Made by a program: the position numbers and the translations under genes. Positions 6,334-13,545 of a stretch of 15,189 nucleotides of DNA are shown here, piece by piece. The DNA comes from an uncultured Methanosarcinales archaeon (GTDB taxonomy: Archaea > Nanobdellota > Nanobdellia > Woesearchaeales > GW2011-AR9), in assembly GCA_964542815.1 (NCBI GenBank), contig CAZIUU010000012.1:10915-26103 (forward strand), read 5' to 3'. The notes beneath the pieces were generated by a model, which saw nothing but the letters and a program-made list of their open reading frames with translations, had not been told where the DNA came from and searched no databases. Position 1 is the stretch's first letter, and each line of letters begins with the position of its first letter.

Positions 6334-6773
6334 TAATTTTCCTCCATCGAATATTTTTTCCAGTTTTGATAATTATATGCTCCTGTTCCTTGGGTTATTT
6401 CTAGGGTTATCTTATCTAAATCATCATGACTGGCAGTTCTTCCTTTACGAACACATTTTCCAAATTGTTCTGAGATGCCTTTTTCTACTCCTAAAGTTCC
6501 GCCTGCGCAGTACCATTGTACGCACTTTGAGTCATAATCATATAAATCTAATAAGACATTTTTCCGGGATACAACCCAATCCAATTCTCTTAGTCTAGGA
6601 ACATAATTACCGGTTTTGTTATCAGATGCTCGACAAACTCTTTCTGCAGATATACGTAGAATTCTAAGCTTATGATCTAATTCTGACGGAAATCGCGGGG
6701 TTCGAGCAGCTGCTCCCCAAACTAATGCAGACATCAATCCAACAGTTAATGCACCATTCATATAATTTGACAT
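6333..6773 (-). CDS. secreted or anchored Cys-containing hypothetical protein (signal-peptide-like N-terminus)
   Basis: MSNYMNGALTVGLMSALVWGAAA resembles a signal peptide or anchor. There are four Cys in the mature part. I prefer the start at ATG 6773 (GGAGGG 6 nt upstream); the ORF track extends to 6791. Confidence 0.5.
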   Translation of the reverse strand: MSNYMNGALTVGLMSALVWGAAARTPRFPSELDHKLRILRISAERVCRASDNKTGNYVPRLRELDWVVSRKNVLLDLYDYDSKCVQWYCAGGTLGVEKGISEQFGKCVRKGRTASHDDLDKITLEITQGTGAYNYQNWKKYSMEEN

Positions 6774-6833
6774 TTTTTCCCTCCAATACATCTATCTTAT
6801 TGATACTAAATAAATATCTTCTGCTTGAACCTT

Positions 6834-7652
6834 TTATCTGAACCCAGAATAAGGCCAGCTTTTAAAGTTTACCAATTTAAATGCGTCTCTGCGGTCTTCT
6901 TGAACAATTCTTTCTATGGCTCTAATTTTTGAAACGTATTCCAAATCTTGTGGAGTAGTATTTAATTTAGGCAATCCTAAAAAACTTTCTGCTTTGATTT
7001 TCTTCATTTTTTTAGCAATTCCATTGTGCCCGCGATTATATCCAGCTAAAGTTAAATCCCATTTATCGCCCACACTTAAGTCCGGAAAAGAATTTTCCAT
7101 CTTCTCGTTTATCCAAGATAGATAAAAAGCACCGCAAGTTAAGCTGGTTTGGGCATCGTACAAGTCATCGCAATCTAATCCAGATATTTTTTCTATGTTT
7201 TTGGCAGTGTCAGGCATCAATTGCAATAATCCTTTTGCACCGGCTTTAGAAGTTAGTTTACTGTTTCCACCGCTTTCTACCATTATCGTGGCTAAATATA
7301 AATCTCTCGGAAGGTTATAACCTTCAGAATATAAGTCAATGAGTGCTCCGTATTTTTTATCAGCATGTGAAATTTTTTTTCTCATAAAACTATTTTTAAT
7401 GTATTCATCATAGTGTCTCTTAATTCGTGGAGGAAGCTCATCGTCCCAAGAAGCGATAGGTTGGTCAAAAGTGATGTAGTCAGGCTCTCGGCGGGTTCGT
7501 TGTTCCAGAGAAGCTTCATCAATAGTACGAACTTGAACGGGTTTATCTGGTGAAGATATGATTTCTGTAGGGGTAGAATTAGCTAAGCCATATAACACTG
7601 CGATTGCAGCTAGAGTTGGAACTGTAAGCTTAATCCAATTTGAAAGGGGCAT
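6834..7652 (-). CDS. membrane-anchored lytic transglycosylase (SLT / GH23 domain)
   Basis: N-terminal TM (LTVPTLAAIAVLYGLA). Canonical IMVESGGNSKLTSKAGAKGLLQLMPDTA (catalytic E-S ... GA-x-GL-x-Q) and LAGYNRG (AYNxG). Confidence 0.85.
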   Translation of the reverse strand: MPLSNWIKLTVPTLAAIAVLYGLANSTPTEIISSPDKPVQVRTIDEASLEQRTRREPDYITFDQPIASWDDELPPRIKRHYDEYIKNSFMRKKISHADKKYGALIDLYSEGYNLPRDLYLATIMVESGGNSKLTSKAGAKGLLQLMPDTAKNIEKISGLDCDDLYDAQTSLTCGAFYLSWINEKMENSFPDLSVGDKWDLTLAGYNRGHNGIAKKMKKIKAESFLGLPKLNTTPQDLEYVSKIRAIERIVQEDRRDAFKLVNFKSWPYSGFR

Positions 7653-7670
7653 TTAAGCTAAGAAGTGGAG

Positions 7671-7682
7671 TTTATTTATAAA
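7671..7682 (-). promoter_or_regulatory. TATA-like box (minus strand TTTATAAATAAA) for the SLT gene
   Basis: About 20-30 nt upstream of the ATG at 7652. Confidence 0.4.
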
Positions 7683-7694
7683 CTTTTGGTACTT

Positions 7695-7714
7695 TAACTA
7701 CAGTTTAGTAGTTA
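7695..7714. promoter_or_regulatory. inverted repeat TAACTAC-n6-GTAGTTA between the two divergent SLT promoters
   Basis: 7-bp perfect arms placed between the two TATA-like boxes. Confidence 0.25.
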
Positions 7715-7721
7715 TAACCAT

Positions 7722-7733
7722 AAACTTTAAATA
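7722..7733 (+). promoter_or_regulatory. TATA-like box (AAACTTTAAATA) for the lipoprotein / radical SAM operon
   Basis: Ends 23 nt upstream of the ATG at 7756. Confidence 0.45.
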
Positions 7734-7755
7734 GTGGCTTGATTATCAGCTAAAA

Positions 7756-9078
7756 ATGGATTACAAACACATTATCTCAGCCATCTCTGTACTATGTGCT
7801 CTAAGCGGATGCGGCAAAGAAAAAGTAGAAAAAGCTACATCAAGACCAATCGTAACTGAATTAGGAGAGATAATTATTTCAAGTGCTCCGGCTTCCCAAC
7901 CAAAACATAATTTGTTTGAGTTGGTACGAAAAAATGAACTTGAGACAGAAACTTCTGGTTTTTTTTTTCAATTCACTGTTCCTCAAACGAGAGAAATCGC
8001 TTTAATCAATGGATATTTACCCCCCACGATTGCCAATCATGCTGCAACTCAGGATGCACGTCCATGGTTATACAACTCGCTGAGACCTTTTCTGCTCAAT
8101 CCCCCAGAATTATTAGAAGGAAAGATATATCGAGAGTCTTCAGGCGATTTAAACGAAGGATGTAATAAGCAAGGCGCTTGCGGACCTTCACAGGTTACAT
8201 TTAGCGGAATGTGCACAGCATTGAATTTGTTATATTCTGATACGAATGAGAGTAAAAGATTTAGAGATATAGACTCATCTAGGCTCGCAAAAATGAGAGA
8301 GACTCGATTGATAGTAGACATATTTACTTCTGGTTATTTTTCGGGATTGGATCAGATAGTTTCCGCTATTAATGATAAACGGAGCTACAACAATAAATGG
8401 ATACCTGTATTAAATAAAGATGAAACTGCTCCCGGTGGGGAAAATTATGAAACATTAGCTAGTGAAAATAAAAAATTACGTATGGCTCGAGATATGATTC
8501 GAGAGGGGTATTTAGTATCTAACAATACTGCTAAAGAAGCACATAATCAGTATAAAGTCGAGTTAGAAAGAATGGGGGGAATGGCACTGTTAAACAAAGT
8601 TGTCAATTCTGATATTCCTACACCAGAACCGTTTTTAAGTCAGCAAGAACAGATGATTAGACAAATGTGGGAACTTACTAAAACAGCCCCTTATTTAAAT
8701 ATACTTTTGGGAGATATTGCTTTGGCTTATGAAATTGATTATTATGTTGATACTCATTCCAAAAATCCAATTAGGGAAGGATTGATGGCATATAATCAAG
8801 GAAGATATGTGTATGAAGACAGAAAAGAAATAGTAAAAGTGTTAGGGAGTAAGAGACGATTAACTGCCGATGAAAAATCTAAATTAGAAGAAGCAAAGCG
8901 TTTAATCGGAAGATCAGATGGTTATCAACAAGATATAGGAGCTACTCGAAGAAGTAATGTTAGTATCAACGAAGCATTATATGGTGACGAACAATTAACC
9001 TGTAATTTTATTAATGAAGCTATGAGTTGCAGCGAACCCAAAGCTACTTTGAAATATATTAATGGGAGAAAGAAGTAG
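7756..9078 (+). CDS. lipobox lipoprotein with a divergent, split SLT-like domain
   Basis: Signal peptide ending in the lipobox LSGC. YRESSGDLNEGCNKQGACGPSQV (E127-S ... GA-x-G-x-x-Q) and LMAYNQG (residue 345) reproduce the SLT motif order, but about 200 aa apart. Confidence 0.6.
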   Translation: MDYKHIISAISVLCALSGCGKEKVEKATSRPIVTELGEIIISSAPASQPKHNLFELVRKNELETETSGFFFQFTVPQTREIALINGYLPPTIANHAATQDARPWLYNSLRPFLLNPPELLEGKIYRESSGDLNEGCNKQGACGPSQVTFSGMCTALNLLYSDTNESKRFRDIDSSRLAKMRETRLIVDIFTSGYFSGLDQIVSAINDKRSYNNKWIPVLNKDETAPGGENYETLASENKKLRMARDMIREGYLVSNNTAKEAHNQYKVELERMGGMALLNKVVNSDIPTPEPFLSQQEQMIRQMWELTKTAPYLNILLGDIALAYEIDYYVDTHSKNPIREGLMAYNQGRYVYEDRKEIVKVLGSKRRLTADEKSKLEEAKRLIGRSDGYQQDIGATRRSNVSINEALYGDEQLTCNFINEAMSCSEPKATLKYINGRKK

Positions 9079-9081
9079 AAA

Positions 9082-10272
9082 ATGGCAAACAAGAAAACCG
9101 TAAAACCGGATCTAGCAATTCAGAAAGATGTAGGAACAAAAACGTCAGATGGAACTACATTAAAAAATATTTGGTTAGAATTGCCGGGATATTGTAATCT
9201 TGCTTGTTCGTATTGTTATGCAGAAGGAGGAAAACCAAATAATCCTGAAAAATTGCTTAGTTGGGAAGATTATGTTTCAATTTTAGAACAAGCAAAAGCT
9301 ATGGGTGTTGAAGATATTGGAATACCAGGGTCAGGTGAACCATTGCTACCAAGAAACAGAGATTTAACTTTCCAAGTATTAGAAAAATGCAGAGATTTAG
9401 GATTTTATGTAACATTATTTACAACCGGAGAATGGATTGACGAAGAAATTGCCAATAGACTTTATGAATTACCAGTTGAAGTAATGCTTAAAGTAAATTC
9501 TTTAAAACCGGAAGTTCAGGATGCTTTTGTAAGTGATCCTAACAGGAGAATAAAAATCACCGGTTACGGACAAAAAAGAAATGATTCACTAGAATTATTG
9601 ATGAGCAAAGGATTCAATGATGAAGAGAAGTGTATGAAAAAATATAATAGAACAAGTAGAATGGCATTAGTAACTTCAATAATGACTAGTTGTGAAGAAG
9701 GCCCTACAAATTATGAGGAAATGGCAGATTTGCTTAGATATGCAAGAGAGAACAACATTATATTTGATGTGGATTCAATATTGAAAAGAGGAAGAGGAGC
9801 AACTTGTGATTTGTGTGAAGAAGATCAAAGATTAAAAGCGAAACTACAAGAACTTCAATTAATTGATAAAGAAGAATATGGCAACAGATGGGAAATAAGT
9901 CCCAGTTATATCGGAACGGTGTGCGATAGGTTTTCATATCATATGTATATCAATCAGAATGGAGATATAAGACCATGTATTGGTGCAATGGATGTAACCC
10001 TAGGAAATGCAAAAGAAAAAACATTAGAACAAGCATGGAATACTCCAGAAATGAAAGTAATCAGAAACAGAAACTACAAAGGTAAATGCGGAGAAGAGTG
10101 TGCAAACTTTTCAGAAATCGATGAAGAGAGAACAGCAGAAGCAGGAACTATCAAGCATAAATGCAATTCATGTTTAGGAAGAAGAACAGAAAACCTAACT
10201 AATGAATGGTTATTGGATAAACAATATGTTTCAACTATTGGATGCTGGAATCATAGACCAAGAAGAGAATAA
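9082..10272 (+). CDS. radical SAM enzyme with C-terminal SPASM/twitch-like Cys-rich domain
   Basis: CNLACSYCYAEGG is the CxxxCxxC radical SAM cluster motif with the GG typical of peptide/protein-modifying members. GIPGSGEPL is the SAM-binding GGEP-like motif. C-terminal CDRFSYHMYINQNGDIRPC (G-x4-C), CGEEC, CNSC and GCWNH follow. The ATG is 3 nt after the upstream stop. Confidence 0.8.
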   Translation: MANKKTVKPDLAIQKDVGTKTSDGTTLKNIWLELPGYCNLACSYCYAEGGKPNNPEKLLSWEDYVSILEQAKAMGVEDIGIPGSGEPLLPRNRDLTFQVLEKCRDLGFYVTLFTTGEWIDEEIANRLYELPVEVMLKVNSLKPEVQDAFVSDPNRRIKITGYGQKRNDSLELLMSKGFNDEEKCMKKYNRTSRMALVTSIMTSCEEGPTNYEEMADLLRYARENNIIFDVDSILKRGRGATCDLCEEDQRLKAKLQELQLIDKEEYGNRWEISPSYIGTVCDRFSYHMYINQNGDIRPCIGAMDVTLGNAKEKTLEQAWNTPEMKVIRNRNYKGKCGEECANFSEIDEERTAEAGTIKHKCNSCLGRRTENLTNEWLLDKQYVSTIGCWNHRPRRE

Positions 10273-10277
10273 TAGAA

Positions 10278-12092
10278 TTACTTATGCCCCCGTTCCACCA
10301 TCTTCTTCAACTCTTCTGAAATAACTTTTCCTGATGCTTTTCCATCCAGCTGTTTAACTGCCAATCCCATCAATGCGCTGAACGGAGCGTTAGGATTATT
10401 TTGCACAATTTCTTTTAACACCTGATGAATCTTTTCCGTAGAAAGTGAAGCATACTTGTTCAAGTCAAACGTTCCTTTGAGCATATCTATTAATACATCA
10501 ATTACAATATCTTTGTGAATCTTGTCTTGGGAGAGATACAAGAACAGCTCTCTGAAATTATCTTCAGTTAGTTTGTCAGAATCTAAATTATAATTTCGTT
10601 TTATTTCCAGTGGGGTGGAAGTTAAAGTTTCAGCAATAAAAGCCGGTTTTAGTTCTTTATATTTTTCGGTGAGCTCTTCGAATAGTGGCATCATATCAGA
10701 CTTAGCTACAAATTCAGCCAAGTCTTTAGATAAGTTGTGTTGAGTTTGATAACGAGAAAACTTTTGTTCCAGCGTTTCTGGAATTTCGACGTTTCTTAGG
10801 TTTGGCCGTACTAAAGGCACATCTGTTTCAGGGTACATTCTGGCTGCTCCGGGCAACGGCCGCATATAGCTGGTAGTTCCGTCAGGGTTATCTTTGCGCA
10901 CTTCTTTAGGCACTCCTAAATATAATTCTTGAGCTCGTTCGTAGACCGCCTCTAAAGCCATCTTAGCTCGTTTTTGTTCCGCTGCGACTATAACAAAAGC
11001 ATCTTTTTCCTGACAATTTAATTCTTTTCTTATCAAAGCTACTTCTTCAGCAGTAATACCATAATTGGGTAGTTCATCGGAATGGAAAATCCCACCTACA
11101 CCTGCTTTTACTTTAGCTCTGCCGGAAAATTCCGTTCCCACCCGATAGTTTGGCTGTAATTCTCTTTTAATCAATCCGGCAAAACCGGTTAATTTAAATC
11201 CTAAAACTTTGCCCTGAGCATCTAACGACTTACGCAACATTTTAGAAGTGGAATGTTCCAATAATTTGCTCAATTCTTCTAACTTGATTTTATGTTCTAT
11301 TAATTCTTGTTTGAGTTTTAATAATTCTGATTGCCGTTGCGCTTCTAATTCAACTAAAGCGGGAATCATCACTAAATTTTGAAAGCCTTTTACTTCGATT
11401 CTATTTCCGCCTTCAATAGAAATGTTAACATCTTGTCTGATAGTTCCTAATCCTAGTTTTACCCCGGGAAGTGAGCGTAGCAATATGCCTATTTTTTTAG
11501 AAGCTTCTTGACATTGAAGCGGTGAGGTAATATCTGGTTCGGTGCCGATTTCTATAAGAGGAATTCCTAAGCGGTCCATGCGCCAGACTCTTTCAGTTGT
11601 TGTTTCGGAGATATTTTTACACGCTTCTTCTTCTAAAGAGATGTTGCTGATTCTTACCTCACCTTCATTAGTAGTTATGATTCCGCCACGGGCAATTAAT
11701 GCGGTTCGTTGGAATCCGGAAGTGTTAGATCCATCTACTACCGTTTTTCTCATCACTTGAATAACGGGATAAACTTTAGCTTGGACTAATTTGCAGAATT
11801 GGAGTACAGTGTAAAGTGCATCTTGATTAATTTCATGTGGTGGCTCGCAATCTGCTTCGACTAAGCAGGTGGTGTCTTTATATCCCTGATAGACGAAAGT
11901 TAGGTTTCTGGTTTGTTCTTGTGCTGCAGCGACATCAATTATGCCGCTTTCTCCGGCTACGGCACGGAGCTTTCTTTTGATGATGAAATCTGGCTCATCT
12001 TCTCTTAGAATTGTAGGGCAGTTGCAGAATAGTTTCCGGCCTTCTAATTGCTGGTGGATCTCGATGCCACATTTGATTAAGAGATTAGTCAT
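10278..12092 (-). CDS. gatE: Glu-tRNA(Gln) amidotransferase subunit E (archaeal GatE)
   Basis: LIKCGIEIHQQLEGRKLFCNCPT is the GatB/E N-terminal signature. Length is about 600 aa with the GatE-specific insertion and a C-terminal GatB/YqeY-like tail. TATA-like box 25 nt upstream. Confidence 0.92.
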   Translation of the reverse strand: MTNLLIKCGIEIHQQLEGRKLFCNCPTILREDEPDFIIKRKLRAVAGESGIIDVAAAQEQTRNLTFVYQGYKDTTCLVEADCEPPHEINQDALYTVLQFCKLVQAKVYPVIQVMRKTVVDGSNTSGFQRTALIARGGIITTNEGEVRISNISLEEEACKNISETTTERVWRMDRLGIPLIEIGTEPDITSPLQCQEASKKIGILLRSLPGVKLGLGTIRQDVNISIEGGNRIEVKGFQNLVMIPALVELEAQRQSELLKLKQELIEHKIKLEELSKLLEHSTSKMLRKSLDAQGKVLGFKLTGFAGLIKRELQPNYRVGTEFSGRAKVKAGVGGIFHSDELPNYGITAEEVALIRKELNCQEKDAFVIVAAEQKRAKMALEAVYERAQELYLGVPKEVRKDNPDGTTSYMRPLPGAARMYPETDVPLVRPNLRNVEIPETLEQKFSRYQTQHNLSKDLAEFVAKSDMMPLFEELTEKYKELKPAFIAETLTSTPLEIKRNYNLDSDKLTEDNFRELFLYLSQDKIHKDIVIDVLIDMLKGTFDLNKYASLSTEKIHQVLKEIVQNNPNAPFSALMGLAVKQLDGKASGKVISEELKKMVERGHK

Positions 12093-12112
12093 AAAATAGA
12101 AGAAAAGAAAGA

Positions 12113-12124
12113 AGGTTTAAAAAC
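12113..12124 (-). promoter_or_regulatory. TATA-like box for gatE
   Basis: The plus strand reads AGGTTTAAAAAC, about 25 nt upstream of the ATG at 12092. Confidence 0.4.
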
Positions 12125-12148
12125 ATTTGCTTGAAGTCAGAGTTAAAC

Positions 12149-12928
12149 TTAACTCGACGGATTATACCCCCTAGTGCCTTCAGTGGTAGCATGCTCTAAT
12201 ATAGTCTGTAAAGTAATGGGCTGTCCATCATGAGTTAAACGAATTGTATTACAACGGACATTATCAGTAATGGAAATTTCATAAATTCTTACTCCCCATT
12301 TATCCGTAACCACTTTCCTCAAATCGTCTAATACTTCTTTTTCCAGTTTTTCCACAAAAGCGGGGTCTTTCCACTCCGAATACTTTTTCCCCCGGCTATG
12401 CTTAGCCAGAATAGAAAGAGTATGAACCCCAATAGATTGTTCATAATTGTCAACTACCCGGTAGGCGCGGGAATAATCTAATAATTGATAGCGAATGTTA
12501 CAGCTGACGGAAATATCCACACTAGGATCATCAATAGTGGGTACGGTAATGCTTCCCAAGTTTTCGGGCTTCTCTTGTTTGCTACGAGTGCTAACTCTTT
12601 CTATTATCGGGAAATGAAAATATACTCCAGCTTGAAGAATCTCAGTAAAACGAGACTTGTGCAGTGGATGACCGCTCCAGAAATCACAGCGGTATTCAGG
12701 GCTTAATTGTGGGTAACAGAACGGGACTATTAATCGCCAGCGCCCCACTCTTCTTTTTTCTTCCTCTTCCTTTTCCCCCGCTTTCTTTCTATCTTCCTCT
12801 TTCATTTTCTTTAAGCGCTGTTCTATAATGGAGCCTTTGCGGATAAATAATCCCTGCTCATACTCTTCTACAATATCGCAAAAGTTGAACCTTCCCACCA
12901 AGTCCACTAATTCTGACACAAATCCCAT
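12149..12928 (-). CDS. SPFH/Band-7 (stomatin/prohibitin-like) domain protein with a large charged insertion
   Basis: VEEYEQGLFIRKG ... ILQAGVYFHFPIIERV ... TIDDPSVDISVSCNIRYQLLD ... NYEQSIGVHTLSILA follow the SPFH core order. I prefer the start at ATG 12928 (TATA-like box 27 nt upstream) over the TTG at 12973 in the ORF track. Confidence 0.6.
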   Translation of the reverse strand: MGFVSELVDLVGRFNFCDIVEEYEQGLFIRKGSIIEQRLKKMKEEDRKKAGEKEEEEKRRVGRWRLIVPFCYPQLSPEYRCDFWSGHPLHKSRFTEILQAGVYFHFPIIERVSTRSKQEKPENLGSITVPTIDDPSVDISVSCNIRYQLLDYSRAYRVVDNYEQSIGVHTLSILAKHSRGKKYSEWKDPAFVEKLEKEVLDDLRKVVTDKWGVRIYEISITDNVRCNTIRLTHDGQPITLQTILEHATTEGTRGYNPSS

Positions 12929-12950
12929 TTTACTATTCTGGAGTGGAATA

Positions 12951-12962
12951 CTGTTTAAAAAC
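12951..12962 (-). promoter_or_regulatory. TATA-like box for the SPFH gene
   Basis: The minus strand reads GTTTTTAAACAG, about 27 nt upstream of the ATG at 12928. Confidence 0.4.
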
Positions 12963-13017
12963 TTTCCTAACAAAAATCTCTTTAGGGCAGTTGTTCTGTA
13001 ATGCTAGAAATTGGAGA

Positions 13018-13026
13018 AAAAAAAGG
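13018..13026 (-). terminator. oligo-T terminator (T9 on the minus strand) downstream of the SRP RNA
   Basis: An A9 run on the plus strand. On the minus strand it follows the 8-bp hairpin GTGGGGCT-n12-AGCCCCAC (13050-13077). Confidence 0.45.
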
Positions 13027-13074
13027 TGGTGCTATTTGGTAGAACCATCGTGGGGCTGAATGAAATGAAAGCCC

Positions 13075-13385
13075 CACTTGAGTCTACTTGCATAGATTGC
13101 TTGCTTTGAGGCATACCCTCAGTCGAACCAGCACAATAGCATTGGTTTGACCCAAGCTGCTCCTCGGGCTTGCGACCCCTTGAACATGGTGCTCACGGAT
13201 TAAGGCTGCTTCCTTCCGGACCTGACCTGATTCTCTATAAGTCCATCCCAAAGGACAAACCGTCGTCGAAGACAGTATGGACCAATACAACTATGATGAC
13301 CCTTCCTTGGGCTTCGGCTCCGTGTGAAGTCCGTTCACGGTAACAACGCAGGACTAGCGCGCCAGCCTAGCTATCTCTCAAGCTA
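13075..13385 (-). ncRNA. archaeal signal recognition particle RNA (7S/SRP RNA)
   Basis: The minus strand reads CAGGTCAGGTCCGGAAGGAAGCAGCC (13205-13230), the universally conserved helix-8 motif with a GGAA tetraloop. The 5' part GCTAGGCTGG...CCTGCGTTGTTACCGTGAACGG...GGAGCCGAAGCCCAAGG resembles the archaeal Alu-domain consensus. 5' CTTGAG/ATAG can pair with 3' CTAT/CTCAAG to form helix 1. The region is clearly more G+C-rich than its flanks. Length is about 310 nt. Ends are approximate (about +/-10 nt). Confidence 0.85.
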
Positions 13386-13407
13386 CTTTAATGTTAAAAA
13401 GAGGAGT

Positions 13408-13419
13408 ATTTTTTAAACT
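13408..13419 (-). promoter_or_regulatory. TATA-like box for the SRP RNA gene
   Basis: The minus strand reads GTTTAAAAAATA, centred about 27 nt upstream of the inferred SRP RNA 5' end. Confidence 0.45.
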
Positions 13420-13545
13420 TATAGCTTAGAAATTGAGCTTTTTTGGAAACATGACTAATAAGTATAACTACTCAAAACAGTCTAACTCTTCTCTTTCAAA
13501 TTCTGCCTCAATATAACTCAATACACCAAATAGTGACTCCATTTT

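Noticed and set aside
8179-8193. C-G-P-S-Q in the lipoprotein resembles the sulfatase C-x-P-x-R formylglycine motif, which would fit an anSME-like radical SAM neighbour
   Set aside because: The essential Arg is replaced by Gln. The motif coincides with the GA-x-G-L-M-Q block of SLT domains, and the protein has no other sulfatase features. I keep it only as a weak lead under the radical SAM finding.
10270-10280. Convergent stops of the radical SAM gene and gatE lie only 5 nt apart, with no terminator
   Set aside because: Tight convergent packing is common in reduced genomes, and no structure or motif is visible in the 5-nt gap, so it is not informative on its own.
12929-12973. TTG-initiated N-terminal extension of the SPFH ORF (MLGKFLNSIPLQNSK)
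   Set aside because: The TATA-like box at 12951-12962 lies inside this extension, 27 nt upstream of the ATG at 12928, and the extension has no conserved character. The ATG start is preferred.
13084-13290. 68-aa minus-strand ORF in the ORF track
   Set aside because: It lies entirely inside the SRP RNA and is translated straight through the conserved helix-8 motif. It has no start context and an odd Arg/Gly/Cys-rich composition, so it is a spurious ORF in a G+C-rich structured RNA.
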